Positions 12,836 to 20,839 of a stretch of 64,000 nucleotides of DNA are shown in pieces. The notes below the pieces were generated by a model. That model saw nothing but the letters and a program-made list of their open reading frames with translations. It did no database searches and was not told where the DNA came from. Every line of letters starts with the position of its first letter. The stretch's first letter is position 1. The DNA is taken from positions 67,834-131,833 of the forward strand of contig JAUSEK010000015.1 in NCBI GenBank assembly GCA_030650275.1, written 5' to 3'. The translations under genes and the position numbers were made by a program. Origin of the DNA: Candidatus Omnitrophota bacterium. Its GTDB lineage: Bacteria > Omnitrophota > Gorgyraeia > Zapsychrales > Fredricksoniimonadaceae.

Positions 12836-14170
12836 CTACTCTAATAATACCAAACTTAATCGCTCAACGATCTTTTTGGTTTCCGCGTTCGTTGTCAGGT
12901 CGTTTTCGATCTTTTTGAACGCGTGCAGGATCGTGGTGTGGTCTTTGCCGCCAAAAGCGCCCCCGATCTCAGGAAGCGAATGCGTTGTCAGTTTGCGCGC
13001 CAGGTACATGGCGATCTGCCGCGGGATGATGATGCTCTTGTGCCGTTTTTTGGTTTTCAGGTCCTGCACGGCGATGTTAAAAAACGAGGCCACCTCTTTT
13101 TGCACCATTTCCACACTGATGGTTTTGATGGTTTCTTTGACCATATCTTTGAGCACCTGCTTGGCCGTGCTTAAGATGATGGGTTTTTCTTCCAAAAGCG
13201 CGTAGGCCACAACACGGATCAGAGCCCCCTCCAGTTCCCGGATATTGGTTTTGATCTCCTGGGCAATGAACAGCACAACTTCGTCGGGGACCTGGACGGA
13301 CTCCAGGTCCAGCTTTTTCCTTAAAATAGCGACCCGCGTTTCAAAATCCGGCGGCTGGATGTCGGTGATCAGTCCCCACGCGAAACGCGACACCAGGCGC
13401 TCCTCGAGATTGGCGATCTCCTTGGGCGGCCTGTCCGAGCAAATGACGATCTGCTTGCGATGGTCGTGCAGGGTGTTGAACGTGTGAAAGAATTCCTCCT
13501 GCGTGCTTTCCTTGCCGGCGATGAAATGGATGTCATCGATCAAAAGCACGTCAATGTTGCGGTATTTTTGCCGGAAACTTTCCGTGTTGCGGTGGCGGAT
13601 GGCATTGATGAGCTCATTGGTGAATTGCTCGGACGACAAATAGCAGATCTTAAGCGATGGGTGGAGCTTTTGCACCTGGTGCGTGATGGCCTGCATCAAA
13701 TGGGTCTTGCCCAAACCCACGGGCCCGTAGATGAAAAACGGATTATAGGCCTTGGCCGGCGATTCGGCGACGGCCTGGGCCGCCGCGAAGGCAAAACGGT
13801 TGGAGGGGCCTACGACAAAATGGTCAAAGACAAGCCGGGGGTTGAGGTTTGAGCTCTGGCCGTCCCTCTGGAAATTGCGTTCAAAGCTTCCCAATTTTTC
13901 CTGGGTGGGCTTGTTCAGGAGCCCGGGATTGACCTCAAATTCAACGGCAATGGCCCTTCCCTCTCCTTTGAGGGAGCGTTCAATGACCCCGGCGTAATGT
14001 TCAACGATCCATCCTTTGAAAAATTCGTCCGGCGCTTGCAGCACGAGCGTGCCGGGCGCTTTTTCAAGGGCCTTGAGGTTGGCCAGCCAGGTATCGTAGG
14101 AGGTTTCGCCGACGGCGGTTTTAATGTCCGCCTGGGCCTTGTTCCAAATGTCGAGGAGGGTCATAGCCAA
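12836..14170 (-). CDS. dnaA: Chromosomal replication initiator DnaA
   Basis: 444 aa. AAA+ Walker A (GPVGLGKTHLMQA), Walker B (LLIDDIHF), sensor motifs. C-terminal DNA-binding domain (IAMYLARKLTTHSLPEIGGAFGGKDHTTILHAFKKI). Confidence 0.95.
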   Translation of the reverse strand: MAMTLLDIWNKAQADIKTAVGETSYDTWLANLKALEKAPGTLVLQAPDEFFKGWIVEHYAGVIERSLKGEGRAIAVEFEVNPGLLNKPTQEKLGSFERNFQRDGQSSNLNPRLVFDHFVVGPSNRFAFAAAQAVAESPAKAYNPFFIYGPVGLGKTHLMQAITHQVQKLHPSLKICYLSSEQFTNELINAIRHRNTESFRQKYRNIDVLLIDDIHFIAGKESTQEEFFHTFNTLHDHRKQIVICSDRPPKEIANLEERLVSRFAWGLITDIQPPDFETRVAILRKKLDLESVQVPDEVVLFIAQEIKTNIRELEGALIRVVAYALLEEKPIILSTAKQVLKDMVKETIKTISVEMVQKEVASFFNIAVQDLKTKKRHKSIIIPRQIAMYLARKLTTHSLPEIGGAFGGKDHTTILHAFKKIENDLTTNAETKKIVERLSLVLLE

Positions 14171-14190
14171 TGGTCTGAATCAATCACAAG

Positions 14191-14199
14191 TTATCCACA
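14191..14199 (+). promoter_or_regulatory. Perfect consensus DnaA box TTATCCACA upstream of dnaA
   Basis: Exact 9-mer match. It lies 21 bp upstream of the dnaA start in the dnaA|rpmH divergent spacer. Confidence 0.6.
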
Positions 14200-14286
14200 G
14201 CTGGGGACACGGCCCCTTCTTTATGGGACGCATTATAACAGAGCACTTTTTCATTGCAACGTCTTTTTTGGACCGAGCCAAAAACC

Positions 14287-14316
14287 TTGACTTCAACATG
14301 CCCCATGTTATAATTG
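14287..14316 (+). promoter_or_regulatory. Sigma-70-type promoter for rpmH
   Basis: TTGACT, then a 16-nt spacer, then TATAAT. It ends 8 nt before the rpmH ATG region. Confidence 0.6.
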
Positions 14317-14323
14317 CCGAACT

Positions 14324-14461
14324 ATGAAAAAACATTTAAAGACCCCGACCAACATTGTCGGGAAAAAAAGACACGGATTCCGCAAACGCATGGCCACCTC
14401 CGACGGGCGTAACGTCCTCAAGCGCCGCCGCGCCAAGGGCCGCAACAAGCTGATCCCCTAG
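14324..14461 (+). CDS. rpmH: 50S ribosomal protein L34
   Basis: [45 protein letters not shown] (45 aa), found by manual translation. It is too short for the ORF track. Confidence 0.9.
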   Translation: MKKHLKTPTNIVGKKRHGFRKRMATSDGRNVLKRRRAKGRNKLIP

Positions 14462-14680
14462 ATGGTTGCCCAGGGCCTTATTTTTATCATTCAAGCGTAC
14501 CGGTTCTTCAGCCGTTTTTGGGTCCCCGCCTTCGGCGGGGCATGCCGTTTTTGTCCCTCATGTTCCTGCTATGGCGAAGAAGCCATCCGCAAACACGGGG
14601 CCTTTAAAGGAAGCCTTCAGGCGCTCGGACGTATTTTACGCTGCTCCCCTCTTTCTACGGGCGGCTATGATCCTGTGTAG
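14462..14680 (+). CDS. yidD: Membrane protein insertion efficiency factor YidD
   Basis: 72 aa. Conserved CRFCPSCSCYGEEAIRKHG...RILRCSP...GGYDPV signature. It starts right after the rpmH stop. Confidence 0.8.
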   Translation: MVAQGLIFIIQAYRFFSRFWVPAFGGACRFCPSCSCYGEEAIRKHGAFKGSLQALGRILRCSPLSTGGYDPV

Positions 14681-14715
14681 GGGCACGGCATGCCGTGCCC
14701 GTACGGAGAATTAAT

Positions 14716-16299
14716 ATGGAACAAAGAACATTTTTAGCCATTGTTTTGTCTATAGTGGTCTTATTTGGGTACGAAGCCATTTTTATCGCCCCCAACAGGA
14801 CAAAGCCTGTAAACAACACACAAAGTATTGATGTAAAAGAAGTTAGCACAGATTCTCCCTTATTGTCGAACATTCCGACAAATAATCAAGAAGCCCCCAC
14901 GAATCAACAAATAAAACCAGAAATCTACAAGATTGAAACCCCCATTGTTCATGCAGAATTATCAAATGTGGGCGGGATACTCCACAATATAAAATTCTCT
15001 GGATCAAAAGCCATGCCCCTGACTGATCTTGTTGCGGTCAAGGGCTTCTCCTCCCTGGCCTTTGCTGAATCCGGACGCAGTAAAGACGGGATCGCCTATG
15101 AACTCACAACCAACAACGTCCGTATTTCAAAAACGTTTAAGAAGCTTGATGACCATACGTTTTTGGCCTTTATTGAAATTTCCAATCTGAATAAAATCTC
15201 CAATCTGGAAAACATCGCTTTCAATGCCTTCACGATTGACGCGTCCATCATTGCTCATGATAATCGGGAAACCATGCTGGACGAATATTCTGTGTTGTCC
15301 GCCAGCAAAGCGTTCCGCAAATCCAGCGCGTTTCAATTTAATGCCAAAGAGGATAAAAACGTATCCGGCATGGTGAAATGGGCGGGATTTCGTGATCACT
15401 ATTCTGCCGTATTGGTCAGACCGGAATTTGAAACAAAAGGATATGAAATTAAAGCGGTTAGCAAGGACCGTCTTGATATGGTTCTTGTGCCGAAGGTCTC
15501 CTTTCTGGCCCCCGGAGCAAAGGCCTCCTACACATTCACAATATTCGCCGGCCCCCAGGATATTGTCTTGATGAAAAAGTACAACAAAGATTTTGAGAAG
15601 ATCGTGGCTTTCTTTAATCTTGGGGCCATGGATGCCGTTGCCAAGGGGGTATACTGGTCAGGCGTCTTTATTCAAAAGATCGTCAAGAGCTGGGGCATGA
15701 CCATTATTCTGATCAGCGTCCTTTTTTACGGCCTGACCTATCCGCTGACCCTTAAAAGCATGATGTCCATGCGCAAGATGCAGGCGGCCCAGCCGAAGAT
15801 CAATGCCCTGAGAGAGAAATATAAGAGCGACCCGAAGAAACTAAACGCGGAAGTCATAGAGATTTACCGTCGAGAAAAGATCAATCCGCTGGGCGGATGC
15901 CTGCCGATGCTGCTGCAGATGCCGGTCTTCATGGCCATGTATCAGGTGCTGTGGCGGGCGTATTATTTTCAAGGCAAGGGGTTTTTGTGGATCAAAGACC
16001 TTTCCCAGCCGGACCGCCTCTTTATTCTTCCTTTTCAATTGCCATTTTTGGGTAATGAGCTTAATATATTACCCATATTGATGGGCGGCGTGATGTTCGT
16101 TCAGCAGAAATTATCCGCCAAGAGCATGGTGGCCACCGATCAAACACAGGCCATGCAGCAAAAGATGATGACGGTGTTTTTCCCGGTCTTTATCGGGTTT
16201 ATATTCTATAAATTCGCCAGCGGGCTGTCTTTATACTTTACGATGTTCTATCTCTTTTCCGCCATAACCCAGTGGAAAATGACCAAGGTTAAGGTGTAA
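14716..16299 (+). CDS. yidC: Membrane protein insertase YidC
   Basis: ORF from 14695. The likely start is MEQRTF at 14716, after a GGAG. Large periplasmic domain then the conserved C-terminal 5-TM core (GGCLPMLLQMPVFMAMYQVL). Confidence 0.9.
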   Translation: MEQRTFLAIVLSIVVLFGYEAIFIAPNRTKPVNNTQSIDVKEVSTDSPLLSNIPTNNQEAPTNQQIKPEIYKIETPIVHAELSNVGGILHNIKFSGSKAMPLTDLVAVKGFSSLAFAESGRSKDGIAYELTTNNVRISKTFKKLDDHTFLAFIEISNLNKISNLENIAFNAFTIDASIIAHDNRETMLDEYSVLSASKAFRKSSAFQFNAKEDKNVSGMVKWAGFRDHYSAVLVRPEFETKGYEIKAVSKDRLDMVLVPKVSFLAPGAKASYTFTIFAGPQDIVLMKKYNKDFEKIVAFFNLGAMDAVAKGVYWSGVFIQKIVKSWGMTIILISVLFYGLTYPLTLKSMMSMRKMQAAQPKINALREKYKSDPKKLNAEVIEIYRREKINPLGGCLPMLLQMPVFMAMYQVLWRAYYFQGKGFLWIKDLSQPDRLFILPFQLPFLGNELNILPILMGGVMFVQQKLSAKSMVATDQTQAMQQKMMTVFFPVFIGFIFYKFASGLSLYFTMFYLFSAITQWKMTKVKV

Positions 16300-16300
16300 T

Positions 16301-16489
16301 ATGGTTATCAATGGCAATGCCAAAGAATTTGAGGGAACTACGGTAGAAGAAGCCATCCAGAAAGCTGTGGCCGAATTGCATGTCCCTAAGGAAAAAATGG
16401 ACGTTAAGGTGGTTTGTGAGGAAGAAAAGGGTCTTTTTGGAATGCGTGGGGCAAAATTAGCTAAGATCAAGGTTGCTCTGAAGAAATAG
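16301..16489 (+). CDS. Jag N-terminal-domain protein (truncated Jag/KhpB-like)
   Basis: 62 aa, MVINGNAKEFEGTTVEEAIQKAVAELHVPKEKMDVKVVCEEEKGLFGMRGAKLAKI. It sits in the conserved position after yidC. The KH/R3H domains are absent. Confidence 0.5.
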   Translation: MVINGNAKEFEGTTVEEAIQKAVAELHVPKEKMDVKVVCEEEKGLFGMRGAKLAKIKVALKK

Positions 16490-16502
16490 ACGAACGTTTC
16501 AC

Positions 16503-17279
16503 GTGAAACCCATGGCTAAAACCATAGCGATCTGCAATCAAAAGGGCGGCACGGGCAAGACCACAACATCGGTTAACCTTTCGGCCGCCCTTGCTGTTTT
16601 GGGCAAGAGGATCCTTTTGGTGGATATGGACCCCCAGGGCAACACCACGAGCGGGTCCGGGGTCAATAAGAATGACATCAAGGCCTCTATTTATGATGTT
16701 CTACTCCACAAAGCCGGCATTAAGGACATTGTTCAGAAGACCAAATTTTCCAATCTGGATATTGCCCCCTGTAATATCAACTTAACCGGCGCGGAGATTG
16801 AATTGGTTGGCGCCCTCTCCAGGGAAACCAGGCTGAAAAAAGCCCTGGACAGCGTAAGATCCGATTACGACTTCATTTTTATTGATTCTCCGCCATCTTT
16901 GGGGCTTTTGACCCTTAATGCCTTGGTGGCCGCGGACTCGATCCTGATCCCTATTCAATGTGAATTCTATGCCCTTGAAGGGGTTTCCCAGCTCCTGAAT
17001 ACGATCGGCCTGATCAAGGACGGGCTTAATGCCGATCTGGCTGTGGAGGGGGTTTTGATGACCATGGCGGATTTCCGCACGAACTTGACCAACGAGGTCA
17101 TTAATGAGGTCAAAAATTATTTTAAGGACAAGGTCTACAAAACCATTATCCCGCGCAATGTCCGTTTAAGCGAGGCACCCAGCTTTGGCAAGCCGATCAA
17201 CTATTATGACGAGACATCGGTCGGAGCGGTAAAATATAAAGAATTAGCGCAAGAATTTTTGTCATGGAATAATATATAA
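16503..17279 (+). CDS. parA: Chromosome partitioning ATPase ParA/Soj
   Basis: 258 aa. Deviant Walker A KGGTGKTTTSVNLSAAL. ParA family. Confidence 0.9.
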   Translation: MKPMAKTIAICNQKGGTGKTTTSVNLSAALAVLGKRILLVDMDPQGNTTSGSGVNKNDIKASIYDVLLHKAGIKDIVQKTKFSNLDIAPCNINLTGAEIELVGALSRETRLKKALDSVRSDYDFIFIDSPPSLGLLTLNALVAADSILIPIQCEFYALEGVSQLLNTIGLIKDGLNADLAVEGVLMTMADFRTNLTNEVINEVKNYFKDKVYKTIIPRNVRLSEAPSFGKPINYYDETSVGAVKYKELAQEFLSWNNI

Positions 17280-17385
17280 TATATGTGTTTGTAGGGGCGG
17301 GCCCTGTGCCCGCCCGGAAATGGATAATGTTGGGCCGGCACGGGGGCCGGCCCCTACAGAGATAAAAAACGTATGGAGAACCAGA

Positions 17386-18246
17386 ATGGAAAATAAAGCG
17401 TTGGGTAAAGGGTTAGCCGCTCTTATCCCGCAGAAGAAAGAAATGTCCAGTCTGGAAGATTCAGGCGGAGAAGGGGTGTTATATCTTAAAACCTCCATTA
17501 TTAAAGACAATCGCTTACAGCCACGGCAGAACTATGATGAAGGTAAACTGGCAGAGCTGATCGCTTCTATTAAGGAAAAAGGACTGCTTCAGCCCATCCT
17601 GGTCCGCAAAGCGGGTTCCGGGTATGAAGTGATCGCGGGTGAGCGGCGGTTAAGGGCGGCACGCAAACTCAATTTTGACCAGGTCCCGGTCATCGTTAAA
17701 AACGTCACCGATCGCGAAGCCCTGGTCCTGGCCCTGGTGGAGAACATCCAGCGCGAGGAGCTGAATCCCATTGAGGAAGCGCAGGGGTTCAAGCGTTTGG
17801 TGGACGAATTCCAGTTCACCCAGGAAACCGTGGCCGGGTCCATCGGCAAAGACCGCAGCACGGTGACCAACCTGCTGCGTTTGCTGCGCCTGCCTTTGGA
17901 GATCCAGGAACAGGTCGCGGCCGGCAAGATCTCCGTCGGACATGCCCGCGCGCTGTTGAGCATTGAAGACCCGAGGACCCAGAAGGCATTGGCCCAAAAA
18001 ATTATTGCTAAAAATCTTTCCGTGCGCCAGACCGAGGCCCTGGTCAAATCTCATGGCGCGCCAGCGTCGGGAAAGAAGAAAGCGGGCCGGTCCAAAGACC
18101 GCGACATCCAGATCCTTGAGGAGGAAATGAGCCGCATTTTGGGGACCAGGGTCATGGTCGAGGACCGCAAGAACAAGGGCAGGGTGGTTATCGAATATTA
18201 TTCCCTCGACGACCTGGACCGTATTTTGGGGGTTCTTCGTAAATAA
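17386..18246 (+). CDS. parB: Chromosome partitioning protein ParB/Spo0J
   Basis: ORF from 17320. The likely start is MENKALGKGLAALIP (canonical ParB N-terminus). ParB box GERRLRAAR and HTH. The N-terminal extension in the track overlaps a GC-rich hairpin in the parA|parB spacer. Confidence 0.9.
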   Translation: MENKALGKGLAALIPQKKEMSSLEDSGGEGVLYLKTSIIKDNRLQPRQNYDEGKLAELIASIKEKGLLQPILVRKAGSGYEVIAGERRLRAARKLNFDQVPVIVKNVTDREALVLALVENIQREELNPIEEAQGFKRLVDEFQFTQETVAGSIGKDRSTVTNLLRLLRLPLEIQEQVAAGKISVGHARALLSIEDPRTQKALAQKIIAKNLSVRQTEALVKSHGAPASGKKKAGRSKDRDIQILEEEMSRILGTRVMVEDRKNKGRVVIEYYSLDDLDRILGVLRK

Positions 18247-18262
18247 AAGAATAGGAAAATCT

Positions 18263-19084
18263 ATGATCACAGGCATGACAGGTTTTGGGGCAAGCGAAGC
18301 GGCGGCGGGCAAGGTGAAGGCCTCCGTCGAGGTCAAGACCGTCAATCACCGGTATCTGGACGTGGCGTTTTATTTGCCGTCGGGATTTTCGTCGTTCGAG
18401 GAGAAGATCCACAAGATGGTGGCCAAGGGCATCCGCCGGGGGCGGGTGACCGTGACGGTCAAGATCACCGACAAGCCGCACATGATCATCCGGCTGAACC
18501 ACGACGCGGTGACCCGCTACCGCGGTTTCGCCCGCCAGATCGCCAGGGAATTCAAGGTCAGCGACGGGCTGTCGGCCGCGGACATCCTGCGCCTGCCCGG
18601 GGTGGTGGAGACCAAGGAGATGTTCGTCGAGGCCCACACGCTTTGGCCGGCCGTTGAGAAGGGGCTTGCCAAAGCCGTGGCCGGGGTGGTGGCCATGCGC
18701 CGCCGCGAAGGCAAGGCCCTGTGCGCGGACATCAGCGGCCAACTCAAACGCATGCTCAAGCAGATCGTATTGATCAAGGCGCGCTCGAACGCGCTTTTAA
18801 AAGAAAAGAAAAAGACCTCAAGCCGGGAAGAATTCACCTCTTATCAAAAGAGCAATGACATCAACGAAGAACTGGCCCGGCTGACCCACTACATCGACGA
18901 GGCCAGGGTCCTTTTAAGGCAAAGCGAGGGTGCCGGCAAGAAGATGGATTTTATTGCCCAGGAAATGCAAAGGGAAACCAACACCATCGGCTCGAAAGTG
19001 CAGGACAAGGACGTCGCGGGGGCGGTGATCGCCCTGAAGAGCAAGGTGGAAAAGATCCGCGAGCAAGCTAATAATGTCGAATAA
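18263..19084 (+). CDS. yicC: YicC family stress-induced protein (DUF1732)
   Basis: 273 aa. MITGMTGFG...VNHRYLDV N-terminal signature of the YicC family. It sits in the conserved position upstream of gmk. Confidence 0.75.
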   Translation: MITGMTGFGASEAAAGKVKASVEVKTVNHRYLDVAFYLPSGFSSFEEKIHKMVAKGIRRGRVTVTVKITDKPHMIIRLNHDAVTRYRGFARQIAREFKVSDGLSAADILRLPGVVETKEMFVEAHTLWPAVEKGLAKAVAGVVAMRRREGKALCADISGQLKRMLKQIVLIKARSNALLKEKKKTSSREEFTSYQKSNDINEELARLTHYIDEARVLLRQSEGAGKKMDFIAQEMQRETNTIGSKVQDKDVAGAVIALKSKVEKIREQANNVE

Positions 19085-19688
19085 CAGAGCTCGAAGGTCG
19101 AAGGTCGAAGGTCGAAGGCAAGGAAGAATTGTTATTATATCCGGTCCGTCGGGTTCAGGAAAAACCACGCTCCATAACCGCCTGCTGGACAGCCCCCGCC
19201 TGAAAGGCGCCTTGGTCAAGTCCATTTCCGCGACCACAAGGTCCCGTCGTCCCGGCGAGAAACACGGCCGCGATTATCTGTTTTTAACCCCAGCTCTGTT
19301 CCAGCATAAAATACGCCGGGGACACTTTTTGGAGTGGCAGAAGGTTTTCGGCAATTATTACGGGACGCCCAGACGCCAGGTGCGGACGCTTTTGAACAAG
19401 GGGGCGCACGTGCTTTTGTGCATTGACGTCAAAGGCGCGGCCGTGGTGCGAAAAGAATTTCCCGACGCGCTCAATATTTTTATCAAGACCCCGTCGATGA
19501 AAGCGCTGCGTGATCGGCTGACCAAGCGCGCTTCCGAAAACCGTGCGACCCTGGATGTTCGTCTCAAGGTGGCCGGACGGGAACTCAAAGAAGCCAGGCA
19601 TTATGATCATGTGGTGGTCAATGGACGATTGGACCGTGCGGTCCGTCAATTGGAGCGCATTGTCCGCGGCGAGCTTTGCGGGCATTGA
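19074..19688 (+). CDS. gmk: Guanylate kinase
   Basis: 204 aa. P-loop ISGPSGSGKTT. Guanylate kinase core. The N-terminal 20 codons contain a perfect 4 x 7-bp tandem repeat. Confidence 0.9.
   Translation: MSNNRARRSKVEGRRQGRIVIISGPSGSGKTTLHNRLLDSPRLKGALVKSISATTRSRRPGEKHGRDYLFLTPALFQHKIRRGHFLEWQKVFGNYYGTPRRQVRTLLNKGAHVLLCIDVKGAAVVRKEFPDALNIFIKTPSMKALRDRLTKRASENRATLDVRLKVAGRELKEARHYDHVVVNGRLDRAVRQLERIVRGELCGH
19091..19118. repeat. Perfect heptanucleotide tandem repeat (TCGAAGG)x4 inside the gmk 5' coding region
   Basis: Seen directly, 19091-19118. It encodes SKVEGRRQG. Confidence 0.9.
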
Positions 19689-19803
19689 TTGACAATACCC
19701 AAGGGCATAGTATACACTAAGGGTTCAAAAATTCAGATCTCTCGGCCTTTGGCCTCGAGATAAATTCGCCCCGCATAAGCAGGGCTCATTTAGGGGAGTA
19801 CAC

Positions 19804-20043
19804 ATGGCGTATCAACCGTTGGAAGAATTGTTGCCCAGAGCCAAATGGGGGGTTTATCGTTTGGTGCGTCTCGCGTCCAAGCGGGCGCTGGAACTTTCCG
19901 AAACAGGCGCGGCCCTGATCAAAACATCCAGCAACCAGAAATTGGCCACCATTGCCCTGGAAGAGATCCTTGCCGGCAAGGTCATGGATAAAGAGTCCGC
20001 CGAGGAAATGGAAAAGGCCGCCAAGTCCAAGAAAAGGTTCTGA
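19804..20043 (+). CDS. rpoZ: DNA-directed RNA polymerase omega subunit
   Basis: 79 aa. RpoZ core (YRLVRLASKRALEL) and its conserved position after gmk. Confidence 0.8.
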   Translation: MAYQPLEELLPRAKWGVYRLVRLASKRALELSETGAALIKTSSNQKLATIALEEILAGKVMDKESAEEMEKAAKSKKRF

Positions 20044-20579
20044 TGGTCCAGAAACCAAAAAGAATTGTTTTGGGGGTTTGCGGCAGCATTGCCGCGTATA
20101 AAGCAGGGGACATCATCCGCCGTTTGCGGGAAAAAGGCCGCGACGTCACGGTGGTCATGACCGCAGAGGCCAACCAATTCATCACGCCTCTGACCCTGTC
20201 AGTCCTTTCCGGCAAAGAAATTTATGGGAGCATGTTCGACGCTGATGGATGGCGGATGGGGCACATTGAATTGTCCCGCCAAGCCGATGTTTTGGTCATT
20301 GCGCCGGCCACGGCGAACATCATGGCCAAGATCGCGCATGGTTTCGCGGACGACCTTTTGTCCGCTTTGGCCATGACCGTGCGGGCACCCATTCTGCTCG
20401 CGCCGGCCATGAACGATGAGATGTATGCCAACGCCATTGTTCAGGAAAACCGCGCTCAATTGAAGAAACACGGCGTCCGGTTCATTGAGCCGGTCAAAGG
20501 CAAACTCGCCTGCGGCAGCGAAGGGGTGGGTCACCTGGCCGACGTGGACGATATCGTCAAAGCGGTTTTGAAGATCTAA
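20043..20579 (+). CDS. coaC: Phosphopantothenoylcysteine decarboxylase (stand-alone CoaC flavoprotein domain; CoaB half absent)
   Basis: 178 aa. Flavoprotein fold (IVLGVCGSIAAYKAGDIIRRL...PAMNDEMY). It stops 2 bp before tRNA-Cys. No CoaB (ligase) domain follows. Confidence 0.75.
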   Translation: MVQKPKRIVLGVCGSIAAYKAGDIIRRLREKGRDVTVVMTAEANQFITPLTLSVLSGKEIYGSMFDADGWRMGHIELSRQADVLVIAPATANIMAKIAHGFADDLLSALAMTVRAPILLAPAMNDEMYANAIVQENRAQLKKHGVRFIEPVKGKLACGSEGVGHLADVDDIVKAVLKI

Positions 20580-20581
20580 AC

Positions 20582-20656
20582 GGCGACGTAGCCAAGTGGT
20601 AAGGCAGTGGTCTGCAAAACCACTATTCAGCGGTTCGATTCCGCTCGTCGCCTCCA
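20582..20656 (+). tRNA. tRNA-Cys (GCA)
   Basis: GGCGACGTAGCCAAGTGGTAAGGCAGTGGTCTGCAAAACCACTATTCAGCGGTTCGATTCCGCTCGTCGCCTCCA. Anticodon loop CTGCAAA. Encoded CCA. Confidence 0.85.
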
Positions 20657-20662
20657 AAGATT

Positions 20663-20746
20663 GGGCGGGTGGCGGAACTGGAATACGCGCAGGACTTAAA
20701 ATCCTGTGGCCGTAAGGTCATGAGGGTTCAAGTCCCTCCCCGCCCA
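20663..20746 (+). tRNA. tRNA-Leu (TAA), long variable arm
   Basis: GGGCGGGTGGCGGAACTGGAATACGCGCAGGACTTAAAATCCTGTGGCCGTAAGGTCATGAGGGTTCAAGTCCCTCCCCGCCCA. Anticodon loop CTTAAAA. Confidence 0.8.
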
Positions 20747-20756
20747 TAAATGATCC

Positions 20757-20830
20757 GGACTCGTAGCTCAGTTGGTTAGAGCGTCACGTTGACATCGTGA
20801 AGGTCACAAGTTCGAGCCTTGTCGAGTCCA
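20757..20830 (+). tRNA. tRNA-Val (GAC)
   Basis: GGACTCGTAGCTCAGTTGGTTAGAGCGTCACGTTGACATCGTGAAGGTCACAAGTTCGAGCCTTGTCGAGTCCA. Anticodon loop TTGACAT. Confidence 0.8.
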
Positions 20831-20839
20831 TTTTATTTT

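Noticed and set aside
17320-17385. N-terminal extension of the parB ORF (MDNVGPARGPAPTEIKNVWRTR)
   Set aside because: The extension is encoded by the GC-rich hairpin in the parA|parB spacer. The canonical ParB N-terminus MENKALGKGL begins at 17386.
17650-18742. Minus-strand ORFs 17650-18345 and 18188-18742
   Set aside because: Antisense to parB and yicC. His/Gly/Arg-rich shadow frames.
20819-20839. Track start (TTG at 20819) for the LAGLIDADG-like ORF
   Set aside because: It would begin inside the 3' end of tRNA-Val. ATG at 20840 is the more plausible start.
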